Part shown: piece after piece, positions 1 through 13,531 of the stretch
Layout: the number at the start of each line of letters is the position of its first letter
How positions within the stretch are numbered: position 1 is the first letter of the stretch
Source: Dipteris shenzhenensis
Lineage: Eukaryota
Assembly (NCBI GenBank): GCA_047967505.1
Contig: CM106538.1
Length of the DNA: 64,000 nucleotides
Strand: one strand, 5' to 3'
Made by a program: the position numbers and the translations under genes
The notes under the pieces: generated by a model
What the model was told of the DNA's origin: nothing
Databases searched by the model: none
What the model saw: the letters and a program-made list of their open reading frames with translations, nothing else

Positions 1-1915
1 TCTCTTTTTTCGCATGAGCATAAGCATGAGCTTATGCTTATGCTTATGCTTGCTTAAGCATAAGCATAAGCATAAGCTCATGCTTATGCTCATGCATGAG
101 CATGAGCTTATGCTTAAGTTTCCGCATAAGCTTATGCTTATGCATGAGCTTATGCGGAAATAGAGAATGAGAGAAGCTTATGCTTCTTTCATTCTCTATT
201 TTCGCATAAGCTCGTTCTCTTTTTCCGCATAAGCTCCTCTTGCTCTTTTTATGCATAAGCATAAGCATAAGCATAAGCTCATGCTTATGCTCATGCGGAA
301 AAAGAGAAGGAGCTTATGCATAAAAAGAGAAAGAGGAGCTTATGCGGAAAAAGAGAACGAGCTTATGCGGAAATAAGCATAAGCATAAGCATAAGCTCAT
401 GCATGAGCATGAGCTTATGCTTAAGTTTACGCATAAGCTTATGCTTATGCATGAGCTTATGCAGAAATAGAGAATGAGAGAAGCTTATGCTTCTCTCATT
501 CTCTATTTCCGCATAAGCTCATAAGCTTCTCTCATTCTCTATTTCCGCATAAGCTCCTTCTCTTTTTCCGCATGAGCATGAGCTTATGCTTAAATTTCCG
601 CATAAGCTTATGCTTATGTGTGAGCTTATGTAGAAATAGAGAATGAGAGAAGCTTATGCTTCTCTCATTCTCTATTTCCGCATAAGCTCCTTCTCTTTTT
701 CCGCATAAGCTCCTCCTTCTCTTTTTATGCATAAGCTCCTTCTCTTTTTCCGCATGAGCATGAGCTTATGCTTAAGTTTACGCATAAGCTTATGCTTATG
801 CGTGAGCTTATGCGGAAATAGAGAATGAGAGGAGCTTATGCTTCTCTCATTCTCTATTTCCGCATAAGCTCCTTCTCTTTTTATGCATTAGCTCCTTCTC
901 TTTTTCTGCATAAGCATGAGCTTATGCTTAAGTTTACGCATAAGCTTATGCTTATGCATGAGCTTATGCGGAAATAGAGAATGAGAGAAGCTTATTCTTC
1001 TCTCATTCTCTATTTCCGCATAAGCTCCTTCTCTTTTTATGCATAAGCTCCTTCTCTTTTTCTGCATGAGCATGAGCTTATGCTGAAGTTTCCGCATAAG
1101 CTATGCTTATGCATGAGCTTATGCGGAAATAGAGAATGAGAGAAGCTTATGCTTCTCTCATTCTCTATTTCCGCATTCTCTCATTCTCTATTTCCGCATA
1201 AGCTCCTTCTCTTTTCCCGCATGAGCTTATGCTTATGCTCATACATAAGCATGAGCTTATGCTTATGCTCATACATAAGCATCCGCATAAGCTCATGCTT
1301 ATGCTCATACATGAGCATGAGCTTATGCGGAAATAGAGAATGAGAGAAGCTTATGCGGAAACTCATTCTCTATTTCTGCATAAGCTCCTTCTCTTTTTCC
1401 GCATGAGCTTATGATTATGCTCATGAGTGAGCATGAGCTTATGCTCATGTTTCCGCATAAGCTCATGCTTATGCGTGAGCTTATGCGGAAATAGAGAATG
1501 AGAGAAGCATAAGCTCATTCTCTATTTCCGTATAAGCTCCTTCTCTATTTCCGATGCCTATGCTTTCCGCATAAGCATAAGCATAAGCTCATGCTTAAGC
1601 TCATGCATGAGCATGAGCTTATGCTCAATTTTCCGCATAAGCTCATGCTTATGCATGAGCTTATGCGGAAATAGAGAATGAGAGAAGCTTATGCGAAAAC
1701 TCCTTCTCTATTTCCGCATAAGCTCCTTCTCTATTTCCGATGCCTATGCTTAAGCATAAGCATAAGCATAAGCTCATGCTTATGCTCATGCATGAGCATG
1801 AGCTTATGCTTAAGTTTTTGCATAAGCTCATGCTTATGCGTGAGCTTATGCAGAAATAGAGAATGAGAGAAGCATAAGCTCATTCTCTATTTCCGCATAA
1901 GCTCATTCTCTATTT
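1..1915. repeat. Palindromic low-complexity satellite inside the CACTA element
   Basis: Shuffled GCATAA/TTATGC/GCATGA hexamers and the near-palindrome GCGGAAATAGAGAATGAGAGAAGCTTATGCTTCTCTCATTCTCTATTTCCGC; the same array occurs at 10405-10945 and 59655-60800. Confidence 0.95.
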
Positions 1916-2201
1916 CCCACTCTATTTCCCTCTTCTCCCAGTTCCCCCTTCTCTCCTTCTCTATTTTCCCTCATCTCTTTCCCCTTCTCTATTTCCCCCT
2001 TCTCTCATTCTCTATTTCCTCATTCTCATTCTTTTCTTTCCTTTCCATCTTCTTTCCCTCTTTCCTTTCCCTCTTCTTTCCCTCTTTCCTTTCCCTCTTC
2101 TTTCCTTTCCCTCTTCTTTCTTCTTGCCTATGCCTATGCCTATGAGAATGCTTATGTTTGTTTTTTTGTTTTCTGTTTTCGTGTTTGTGTCTATGTTAGA
2201 C

Positions 2202-3753
2202 ATGGGATCACGTCGCTCATCCGATGAGTACGAACAGCCTCGCAGGAGGAGAGCTCACGATCTATATGCTCCAGAGGACTTTGATTCCTCTCAGGCGACT
2301 ACCCCGAGGACTACCCCTAGTCCGACTCCTCTCGGTCCTAGCACTGCGACTACCCCTGGTCCGACCCCTCTTCCACGTAGCACTGTGACTATGCCTCGGG
2401 GAACTCCTTTGCTAGCCGCGCATGGCTTTGTCGGGAGTCCCGACGAGTTTGTAGCACAGATAAGCGATGAGGAGGCAGCGATATTCTTCTCTCGGCTCTC
2501 TCAGAGGACCTCCGCAATTCCTTCCCCTACACCGATGGGTGGACGTACTGCCCAGCCATCCCCTCGTGCCCCTTCGACTGCGGGATCATCACCTGCGCAT
2601 GCCTCCTATAAGGGAAGGAAGAGTAGGATGGGCGGCTCATGTTGTGCTGACTCAGGAGATGTAGAGGAGTCAGCACACTCATGCTCCTTTAGGTCTCCAC
2701 TTGGTCCGGAGACACAGTATCAGTCAGGTCCCTTTCCCTCTCCTACTCCCACTGCTACTCCTCGATCCAGAAGCGGTCGCGCAACTTCCACTCCTTCAGA
2801 CTCTGCTACCGTCAGTCCCCCTTACTCATCAGGGAATCTCTCCTATCAAATCACATCTACCAGAGAGATAATAGAAGATAAAAAAAGCAAAGTAGTGATG
2901 GCCGCCATGAGGAGGTTGATGAGTCATCACTTCAAGAGCGGCATAAATACCGATTGGCGGTATCAAGATGCCCAAAAGAAGTAGGCGGTGATCGATGAGT
3001 TAAAACAAAGATACCCTAATCCGCCAAATGTGGAGTTTAATGACAATTATATGCTCGAGCGCATGGGTTTGGTCCTAAAGCATCGTAGATCAACCTTGCG
3101 TACTTCCATTACAAAGGGGTTGGCTAAACCCAGATAGGCAGACAAAGCTGATTGGAAGTACTTCAAGAAGCAACATAGGGACCATCCCGAAATGTTCGAG
3201 GGTCAGAGGAGGGCTGCGAAGAGATGGCTGGACGTCGTAGGTACTTCGCACTTTGGTGCAGGCGGACGGTATGCGTTCGAGGCAACCGTGGTAAGTCTAC
3301 TTCTTCCCATTTAATGTATTGTTCTATTTGTTTTACTTACATATTACATGCACTTTAGCTAACTCTAACTCTCGTAAATTGGATCCACAGCAAGCTGCAA
3401 TGGGTCGTCTTCCTATGGATGCAGAGACACGGTGCGCATTTCGGATAGGAACAAAGCCGTGGTTCATTGAGCAAGAGGCAATGGGAGCGACAATCGATTG
3501 GGCTGAGGTGGCTGCTCGCACGGTATAAGTTTACTCCTACTTGTAATCTCACTTTTTAATTTAAGTTCCAATCTAATTTTCGATTTATATGATTCACTCT
3601 TAGGGTTAAAGTTCAAGCGTCCCATCATCGGAGGCGAGCGATCAACAGGGGCAAGGATCGGACGCAGGTGCCGAGGATGAGGGAGAAGACGCAGGTGTCG
3701 AGGACCAAGGAACAGGCCAACAAGATGAAGATGATTCGGATTCGGATGAGTAG
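2202..3753 (+). pseudogene. CACTA second gene (TnpA/Ptta-like), copy A, disrupted
   Basis: MGSRRSSDEY start after a TTAG acceptor; S/T/P-rich N-terminus, then ...RYPNPPN...HFGAGG; GTAAGT donor at 3291; in-frame TAG at 2982 where copy C has CAG. The TnpA/Ptta assignment rests on position in the element and the H-x-G-x-G motif. Confidence 0.7.
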
Positions 3754-5337
3754 TGGTAGTAGCATTTTGTATATTCGCTCGTTTGAGCAATTTTGTATCG
3801 CCCTTTCACAGGGTAATTTTGTTACAAACACTATTGTATATGTATATGCATTTTTTCCTCATCATTTCACAAGAACAATTTTGTATCACCCTGCAAGCAA
3901 GGGAAATTTTGTTATAAAAAACTTTCTTTTGTAATTACAAAAAAAAAAAAGGATTAGTGGGGCTAAACAGGGCCAAAAGAAAGCCCTGTTTAGCCCCACT
4001 AACCCTTTTTTTTTATAACTATTAATCGTCGCTATATAGCAACGTTTACCAGTGTCGCTATATAGCGATGATTAACAGTGTCGCTATATAGCGATGTTTG
4101 CATCGTCGCTATATAGCGACGATTAACAGCGTCTCTATATAGCGACGGTTTATAGTGACGCTCCTTTTTCGATGCTTTTAGCAACTTTTATAGCGACCTT
4201 TGCGCCCGTGAAAAAAAAAAATTTGAATGTAAAAAGCGTCGGTATTTCCGTCGAAAAATGGCCTATGCCTTGTAGTGTGTTTATCCTAAATCAGCCTAGT
4301 GGTTGGAACATTACTGAGTTGGTTTAAGCCAAACAAAAGTTATGTGATTGAAATTGTAGTTGGATAGAAATACAAAAGTGAACATCAACACAGTGTTATT
4401 GTCTAATTATTATATATCACCTATACTTGTTCAGGTCAGACACCAGTTATGTGACTATCCTAAACGAGCATGATGGTAGAAATTTTTTTGTTTTCTATTA
4501 GCTTTAATTAGTTTAATTAGACTCTGTTTTATGCAGATACTTTGTACAACAATATATTACCGAGTTGGTTTAGTTCAAACACCAACTATTTGGTTGAAAT
4601 TTTTGCTATCCTAAACTAGCCTGGTTGTTTTCCTTTAGTAGTACCTTGATTAGTTTAACTATTACCTTGATTATTTCATGAGTTTAATTATTAGCTTGAT
4701 TATATGTGACTGTCCTCAATTGAAATTGTTTTGTTTTACAAGTAGCTTCATTAATTTAATTAAATTAGCTTGATTAGTTTATTTATAGATTGATTATATG
4801 TGACTATCATAAAGTAGCCCGATGGTAGAAATTATTTTATTTGGATGGTGTTTTTAACATAGTGTGTTCTATTTTGTTTTCCTCATAGTAGCACAAAAAG
4901 GAGGCTTAGTACGATTGTTTTGCACATGTTGGGTGAGCAAACTCAGGACCATCTTATTCAAAAGATCCATATTATAGTAATGTCCTTCAAATGGACCGAT
5001 GTCTCACTACTACACACGGATCCTATTGCGACATTTACGTACAGACGTTTAGTGCCCGCTTAGCATTAATCGTCGGTATGAAAAGTGGGTTTCGTAAATC
5101 GTCGCTATATAGCGACTGTTGCTAAAAGTCGCTATATAGCGACACTGATACAAAATATTATAGCGACATTTTTACAGAGGTTTTTTTTTTAATAGGCCTT
5201 AAAAGTTAGTTTTTTCCAATGACAATTTTTTTTAAATTTTCATACATGTTTGAGCTCATAGAGAATAAAAAAATGAGAGCATGTACATCAAGCCTTTGAA
5301 GCTCATATATTCATGTCCAAGTTTGAGATGAGAAAAA

Positions 5338-8300
5338 TCAAATAAGAGCATTTACATCAACTGTTTCATCTTGAGCCAAGTCTAAGGCACCAAGCAAGTC
5401 TATCTCCAACTCTATACCGAGTTGATCTCCTATATCATCATCGTACTCTAGCATCGTACGTTCACCTAAAAGTATTTGATCATCTTCTTCAATAAAGCTT
5501 AAGTGTGGTGATTGATCTTGATGATTGTTGTCTTCTTCGTCAATATCGTGATCTCCATCCTCCTCCCGTGCGATGTCATTATGCGCATCTTCCTCTTGGC
5601 TCATATGGTGATCTACATCTTCTTGGCTAGATTCATCAATTGGATCCGGCATTGGTAGTGGCATCTCCATATCCACATCTCAGTCTTCAAAAATTTGCTT
5701 ACTTCGTGGTGCAACTTGGATCACGTACCACCATCTTGGATCAGAACGATCTGGATGAAAAACCACCTATATTGAAGATGGGTGCCAAATGTCGTCAATT
5801 ATATATATATCAATGGACTTTAAAAACGAAAGCTTCGACTAATTAAATCATTAGTATGCACCTGCTCACAGTGCTCGGGAAGAACAAAAGTATCACTTTC
5901 ATCGGTCCAATGTTTGGTGGAGTCTATTGCAAAGAGACCGCTACTATCTTTTCTCACTGTCGCATGGGAATCGTTGTAAGAGTTCTAAACCATTTTACAT
6001 CAAGAATGAAAATAGTAAATCGTCTGAAATCAATTTCATAGATGTCGCGTATGGCTCCACAATAATCCAACTGTGAGGAGAGAAGATTGGTATCCGAAGC
6101 ACTTGCTCGGCTACCTTGTGTGAAGTTAGCCATGACTCCACAATCATACGTGACTCTCTTTGAATCGATGCATTCCACGTGAAAATGTCGTCCATATGAC
6201 CATAATGCACTGTACTTTTTGTACTATAAAAGAGCATCATAAAAACAATGAAGATGCACCTATTTTATAGCATATATTGCCACAAATAATTACTTAATTA
6301 CATCAAGAGATAAGAAACTTACATGCACCATACATCCAGATGACAACTCCCGCTCGGGCTCGTTTATTGTCTCTCCATCACGTTCGGCTTTATGTAGAGC
6401 TAGTTGTAGCCAATCAAGTGACATGTGAGTAGGGAGAAGAGCCAGATATCGTGGATATGGTTGTGATCGCCTATACATTACTCTGAATCTCGTCCTTGCA
6501 TTTATTCTTTCTGCTTTGGCCACTTCATATCTCTCAATCCACTTTTGCATCTCAGGGCTATTGAGGATACAAAACTTATTGAATTTCTCCATTTGCTCTT
6601 CGCTCATCTTTCTTTCAATTCCTTTTCCTTGGGGAACCTCGCCAATGATGCGATCATCATCCTTGTTGTGCCAAGCTTGCGGCATATCAGGATCTGTGGA
6701 TGCAAGAAACTCTGTGATATATACTAATGACTCTTGCACAAGCCATCCCTCTTCCATGCTTGCTTCCGGTCTTGCTCTTTGTCTTACAAACCCCTTTAAA
6801 GTTTTCATAAACCGCTCGAGAAAAAACATCCATCGATTATGAACGGTACCTGCTATAGCCACCTCATCAACTATGCCCAGAAGCAAGTGGACTTGACTTG
6901 TCATAATGCTTGAGGGAAAGTGCTTCTCAAGCAAGCATACGGCTTCGATGGATTCCACCCTAGCCTTCTCGATGCTCGATATAGAGATCTCTTTTTGAGA
7001 TATCCACCTATTTCACATGTCCATGCATATGTAAGATATTTGAGATATCCACCTATTTCACATGTCCATTAAGAAAATACATAATGCGATTTGATAGTAA
7101 GCATACCTCACAATACCACAGATCTTGAATATAGCATTTCTAACATCTTCTTGTAAGCACCCTTTTATTGTAATTGGGAGGATGAACTATCAAAGCAACA
7201 ATGAAGTAATGTCAACAATATAACATAATAATAATTACGCTAACGCATCACTATTATCGGTACACTAATTCTACTTAGAATACCTATAAGACCTTGTGCC
7301 AATCATGGGACTTGAGGCCACTAAGCTTATTGTCCTTTGAAAATGCTCCTTTCAAGTAACGCATGTACCCTATCGGTGTTTGAAAAGAGGCAATGTCTGC
7401 CTCCTCCCTCGTAGAGAGGATCCACATTGCTTTCGGGAGGATAACTTTTCCCGAAGCATGCACTTGGGGCCACAAACGAGACATCCTATTCATAGCACAC
7501 AAGTCTTCTGGAACTCCTCTCAAGTCCTTGGAACCAACCAAGTGTGCCCAAATAGTAGCCCCCACATTCTTGAAGATATGCATGGGATCCAAGAGATGAT
7601 TGATTTGTAACTGACCCCAATAAGGAAGCTCGTGAAAGATCGATAGCCTCTTCATACCAGGAGGAGGTTCCTCTCCATTCGCCCTCCAAGCTTGAATCCA
7701 ATCACTTGCCTTCAAATATGATGGTGGTGGATCAAGCTGACCTCCACGTGCGAGATGGTCGAGCGGAAGGTATCGAGCATGACCTTCATAAACATTTTTC
7801 CTCATATGTTTGGAGTAGCATGCAAGCAATTTCAGAGCCGGTCCACAAACAGGACAAGCATGGTACCCACTTGTAACAAGTCGTGCACGCGTGCATGAAT
7901 GTGTTAGTACAAGACATGCATGCAAAAGAGAGTAAAAAAAGCATAATCCCTCATTGTACATGTAAAGACACAACCACGTACCTGCGCACTCTCCATATCC
8001 TGGGTAGTCATGCATGGTCCACATCAAGATGCCCCTGATCAAAATATCATTGGTATGTCTAGGAGCTCTGGAAATATCAAAGACCTGCACTCCTCTCCAT
8101 AATATCTATAACTCCTGTATCAAAGGTGCCACGTACACGTCCATGTTTTTTGCCTTGTACTTTCCTGGCACAAGTAGTGCAAGGATGAGGTGTCCCTTTT
8201 TTATTGTTAGCCATGGTGGGATATTGTAATTCACCACGAATATGGGCCATGTCGACCAAGATGTCGAGCGTAACCCGAAAGGATTCAGGCCGTCCATGGC

Positions 8301-9337
8301 TAGCCCAAGATGTAAGTTGCGTGGCTCCCTCGCAAAGTCCGGCCACTGATTATCTATGTGCTTCCAAGCTGCACAATCTGCGGGAATCCTCAATGTGTGA
8401 TCAGTGGACCGATGAGATGCATGCCATGTCATCAACTCCGCTATGGATTTGCATCGAAACATGTGTTGTATTCTTGCAATGATGGGAAAGTGTCTTAAGA
8501 CCTTTATCGGTATCCGCTCACCTTGCAAGTCATCTCTATATCGTTGTTCCCCACACTTTGGACAACTAGCCAAATCTCCATGCTCACGACGAAAGAGAAT
8601 ACAATCATTACGGCAAGCATGGATGGTATCATAATCCATACCCACCATTGTTAGCATCTTTTTCGCTTCATCTCTTAATGCGAGCATGGTATTTGGTGCA
8701 GGCAACATCTTCTGGAGCAACCTATGACAAAGACACTATCCAAATGATGATTCTCAAAACAAAGAATATCCAAATAATGAGTCAAATTAATGCAAGGGCT
8801 AACCTCATTAAGGCCGAGACACTTGTATCCGACCACCCATACTGTACTTGTAGATTCAAGATTGAGAGACAAGCACGTAGTTTAGACATCCTAGCACCCT
8901 TGTACAATTGTGTTGATTGCAACTCTCACATTTTGACCTCAGACTCTGACATCACGTGTACGTGGGATGTAGTGCCCCTAAAAATGGAATCCATCATGTC
9001 GACCATACCCTCGTCATCATCCGGGAGACTATAGTCTTGTTGAAAGTGAGAAGGTATATGTGTACCCTTGTCACCCTCCTCATCCTGTTTTAAGATTTCG
9101 TGTAAATATAAGATCTTCTATTTCCTGGTATACAATAAGATTGCGAACTTAAATAGCTTTAACTTACCGATGATCCATCAACATGTGCAACACCAATGGG
9201 GGGTACTGGTTCCAGCTCCTCCCCATACATACGCAAGTGGCGCAATGAGTGCAATGACAGTATAACCTCTCCGTAAGCCACTTCGTGCTCCCGGGCATTG
9301 GCGCATCATCGGACGAGCTTCCACTCGTCCCTTCCAT
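5338..9337 (-). pseudogene. CACTA Tnp2-type transposase (Transposase_21 core with DUF4218/DUF4216-like C-terminal regions), multi-exon, probably disrupted
   Basis: Typical En/Spm motifs: IHACRNDCILF..CPKCGEQRY, LRHFPII, DxAAWKHID..WPDFAREPRNLHLGLAMDGLNPF, STWPIFVVNYNIPPW, DYPGYG, HLLDPMHIFKNV, GLKSHDWH, RWMFFLERFMKTLKGFV, EASM.EG. Small deletions relative to copy C at ~7400 and ~9245 and apparent frameshifts near 5680 and 5970. Confidence 0.93.
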
Positions 9338-9441
9338 CTACACTTATAAAATCACAACATAAGCATGAAGAGGAGATATTGACAATTATAAAATAGCATG
9401 TTTGAGCTTCACTTAAGGCCACATTAAAAAAGTGACAGTAA

Positions 9442-9515
9442 TCGTCGCTATATAGCGACGCTTTTAATTAAAAACGTCGCTATATAGTGACGAATAAGCG
9501 CCGCTATATAGCGAT
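9442..9515. promoter_or_regulatory. Cluster of CGTCGCTATATAGCGACG palindromes between the divergent CACTA genes
   Basis: Three copies of the motif that also forms the subterminal repeats, ~100 bp upstream of the Tnp2 ATG; equivalent cluster at 58651-58750. A regulatory role is inferred. Confidence 0.55.
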
Positions 9516-10404
9516 GCAGTCGGTTAAAATTCAAAACGCTAAACGCGCGGTGTTTTCTTCAAACTATTCCCTAATCTCTCAAGTAAGCAACCCAAAATCT
9601 CCTCCCACCTATTTTCGACGACCTCCCACCTATTCCCAGCAACCTCCCACTCTATTTTCCACTCCTCACCCTTCTCCTACCTCTTGTACTCCCTCTCTAT
9701 CCTTTTCCCTCTTTGGTTTCTTGAAAGAAAGTTCTTCAAGAGGTGAGTTTGTTTCAACAATGTAGGTTGTTTGCTTGTTAGCTTTAGTTTCGTGAGTGTT
9801 TCTTCTTGTATTGCTAAACCTGTAAACTAGTTTTCATGCTTGTTTTGAAAGGATTGAAACAAAAAATGAGATTTCAAGATAGAAAGAAAACTCACCTCTT
9901 TTTTCTATATTTCTCTTCCTTCTCTTTCTCCTTGTCTCCTCAATCTCCTCCTTTCCTTGTCTCCTCAATCTCCTCCCTTCAGGAAGTTGCTTTTGTAATC
10001 TCCTCCTTCCACTAACATCTTATTTGAAAAAATGGGTTGTTTTCTCTCTTTTGTAGGGCCAGTCCACTACACCGAGCGGGACATACTTTTTCAGGTAAGT
10101 GCTTTCTCTTTTTTCCATTTATTATTTTTATTATTTGCATTGGCCTGCTGGGCGTAGGAACCCTCTCTTCCCCTCCCACTCTTTCCTTCTTCCCCCTTCT
10201 CTTATTCTCCTTTTTCCCCCTTCTCTTTTTTCCCTCTTCTCTTATTCTCTCTTTCCCCCTTGTCTCTTTCCCCCTCATCTCTTTTCCCTTCTCTCTTTCC
10301 TTTCCCTCTTATTCTCTACTTCCTTTCCCTCTTATTCTCTTATGCTTATGCTTCTCTCTTTCCCCCTTCTCTCTTTCCCCCTTCTCTATTTCCCCCTTCT
10401 CTCA

Positions 10405-10945
10405 TTCGCATAAGCTCATGCTCATGCATGAGCATAAGCATGAGCTTATGCTTATGCTGATGCTTAAGCATAAGCATCAGCATAAGCATAAGCTCATGCT
10501 TATGCTCATGCATGAGCATGAGCTTATGCTTAAGTTTCCCCCTTCTTTATGCTTCTATTTCCGCATGAGCATAAGCATGAGCTTATGCTTATGCTTATGC
10601 TTATGCTTAAGCATAAGCATAAGCATAAGCTTATGCTTATGCTCATGCATAAGCATGAGCTTATGCTTAAGTTTCCGCATGAGCTCATGCTTATGCGTGA
10701 GCTTATGCGGAAATAGAGAATGAGAGAAGCTTATGCTTCTCTCATTCTCTATTTCCGCATAAGCTCCTTCTCTTTTTCCGCATGAGCATAAGCTCATGCT
10801 TATGCTCATGCATGAGCATGAGCTTATGCTTAAGTTTCCGCATAAGCTCATGCTTATGCGTGAGCTTATGCGGAAATAGAGAATGAGAGAAGCTTATGCT
10901 TCTCTCATTCTCTATTTCCACATAAGCTCCTTCTCTTTTTCCGCA
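10405..10945. repeat. Palindromic satellite of CACTA copy B (truncated)
   Basis: Same GCATAAGCTTATGC-type units as 1-1915. Confidence 0.9.
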
Positions 10946-11353
10946 GGAAGGTGAGTAATTGCAGGCATGTGGTGGCTTGTAATTAACTTCCACCCTGGTG
11001 GAATCTTAGATGCCACCATAGACATGGTTGTTAATCTTACATGCCACCACTGCTAATCACTCATTACCATGCAAGGTAGTACTGTCGCCTTGAATTACTC
11101 AAAATTTGGGCCAACCACAATAGTGGCTCTCACCTTGAGAGTGTAGTCGGGCTAGTGTAGTCGGGCTGTAAACTTAAGCCTCCGCTATTCCATTCCCTTT
11201 ACTATTTTGTCTTCTATCCCTCAACCATTTCTATCTCCCTTGCACTCGAAATGCAAACTCAAGCTTCCACTATTCCATTTCCTTCACTATTTCATCTTCT
11301 ATCCCTCTCGACCATTTCTATCTCCCTTACACTTCTATTCGCTCTCTCTCGTA

Positions 11354-12520
11354 ATGGACCCTACATAGTCCAAGAGCTCCTCACACATTATTCCTCCCCC
11401 TCGTAGCATAGTAAGAGCCTCTCCTCCCCTGATCTTGAAATTGTGACATATGGGCACTCCTCACTAGCTCTTCAAAAACCCAATTTGGATGCTCTCAACA
11501 ATGACTTCACTAGGTTGGTACAAAAGGTGAACATGAAGGAGGGGCAAATAGTGTGTCAAGGTCAAAATATTACCATCATTGAAAGCACGATTGAAAATGC
11601 GCTAGGCATTACTAGAGGCAATTTTCAAGCATACTTCTTGGAGAAGAAATGGAAGAGATAGGATATTCTAGAGAGATTCTAGATGTATATCCCAACGTTG
11701 ATGTTAGTAAATATGGTGGCGTCAAGCTTTCTAGCTTGCCAATAGACCTCCAAGATGTGCTGAAGAAGACAATGCACTTCTTTCTTGATACGAGAGGAAC
11801 CGTGAAACTCCGAGATAGGCTTGAAGAAGTCAGAAGTGATGGGGACATCACGGACAAGGAGCTAGCAATGATGCGAAAAGAGCTTGAAGATCAAAGAGTT
11901 GAAAAGGATGGTCTTTACAAACGGATGTGCAACATGCAAAATGCATTGAACATTGAAAAATACCAAATGATGGAGGAGCTTAAAAGGGAGAATGCAGAAA
12001 CCAGAGCATTGATGCAAGAAGTGAAAGAGAGCTTCAAGGTTAGGAAGGATGGGGAAGAGAGCAGCCAGGGTGGAGAAGACATTGAGGTAGCTCTCTAGGC
12101 CAGGAAGGATGCAAAGAGCAGCCATGGTGGAGCAAGTTGTAGTAGCCATGGAAAGGGTTGTTTTTTTGAAATATTGTTGGATGTTCAAAGAGTAAGCTAC
12201 AAGACCCTAGAACAAGATTACGATAGGGTTGTGCACGAGCTTGCCGTGGCTTTCAACAGTTTGAAAAGTAGTTCGTCATCCTAAGAGATTCCCAAACCAG
12301 AGTGGAAGTCTTGGAAATGCCCCATGTTAATGTTTTCGAGAAATTTAAGCAACTTCAACAGATGCTGAGGGATTCAGATGAAGATGTTGCACACAGTGAG
12401 CAAAGAGTGGAGGAGATGAAGGAGAATATCCATAGCTTTAGGATGAGGGAGGAAGTAATCAAGAAGCAATTGCATTATTGTACAGAGCAAGATTGTGGTA
12501 TTGGCAGCCGCAATAGTTAA
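11354..12520 (+). pseudogene. Degraded coding region of unknown function with a charged, coiled-coil-like C-terminal part
   Basis: Consecutive protein-like ORF pieces (11443-11661, 11649-12098, 12302-12520) broken by stops and frameshifts; E/K/M-rich heptad-like sequence. Confidence 0.4.
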
Positions 12521-12744
12521 ATCGGATGTCTATATTTCTATGCAGCAGGTTCCAAAATGCACGGTCTACCATACCCCCATCATAGATGATTGCATGATTT
12601 GATGGCTTGCGTGCTACCAACCTGTGCATGTTTTTTGCTTTGGGGTGTTTGTGCATGCAAGATCGCTATGTAAATAATGCCATTTGTCATTGCCCAGGTC
12701 ATGGACAGATCAAACATTACATGCCTAGGACCATCATGTGAGAC

Positions 12745-12882
12745 AAAAGATACAACTGATGTGAGACTTAAAGATTTTGATTAGACAACTAATGTGAGAC
12801 GAAAGATTTTGACTAGACAACTAATGTGAGACGAAAGATTTTGATTAGACAACTAATGTGAGACTAAAATATTTTGATTAGT
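12745..12882. repeat. 32-bp tandem repeat, ~4 copies
   Basis: GACAACTAATGTGAGACGAAAGATTTTGAyTA units starting at 12784, 12816 and 12848, plus a diverged first copy. Confidence 0.85.
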
Positions 12883-13531
12883 CAGTTGTATGAAAGAAGA
12901 ATGAGAAGGTCGGGCTCAATGATCTCTCTCCCTATTTAAGTGTAGTGCAGACACAAGAGCCCATTATGATATTCAACCCCAAAACTCTATACACCGATCC
13001 ACCAACTACGAATACATGGCATACCTAAAAGACTTTGGAATGCTTTTTTTCTATCTAAGAACGATGTTGGATGACCTCCTTATAGAAATAGACCCAAAGG
13101 AGGAGGAAAATAGCTATAAGGAGGACATGCTTCAGTGAACACCTATTTCATTAATTTTGGACTTGTGCACTGTCCAAATTCATTTTGTGAGATAATTTTG
13201 GATAAAACATTTAAAAAAAAGAGGCTCTTATAAAACAAAACATTGAGTCAAAATGGAAGATTCTAAAAAATCAAATTAGAAAAAATGACGTGAGATGTTA
13301 TTAAAACTAGAGTACATTAAAAATAGAGGACATCACATTGTTAAAAGAGACAAAAAGTAAGATTTTAAAAAATCAAATTAGAAAAAATGGCGTGACATGT
13401 TATGAAAACTAGAGTACATTTCAAAAAGAGCACATCACATTTGTACAAGAAGTAGATCATATGACTCAAAGCCATATGGTGTCAAAAAACACCTTAATAC
13501 AGTCTCTCTTATCTTCTTAATCACCTAAAGT

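Larger units (their letters stand above)
1..4277. mobile_element. CACTA (En/Spm) DNA transposon, family 1, copy A (right part only; left part outside window)
   Basis: Ends ...GGCCTATGCCTTGTAGTG at 4277 (reverse complement CACTACAAGG), has GTCGCTATATAGCGAC subterminal repeats at ~4025-4200, and is colinear with the right part of the complete copy at 54150-63052. Confidence 0.93.
5005..10945. mobile_element. CACTA family 1, copy B (left part, truncated within the internal satellite)
   Basis: Begins CACTACTACACACGGATCC at 5005, identical to the start of copy C (54150); colinear with copy C through Tnp2 and into the satellite, then breaks at ~10945. Confidence 0.93.

Noticed and set aside
44-1866. 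His/Lys/Leu/Met-rich ORFs (also at 10037-10993 and 59890-60700)
   Set aside because: Translations of the hexamer-based satellite; no coding evidence.
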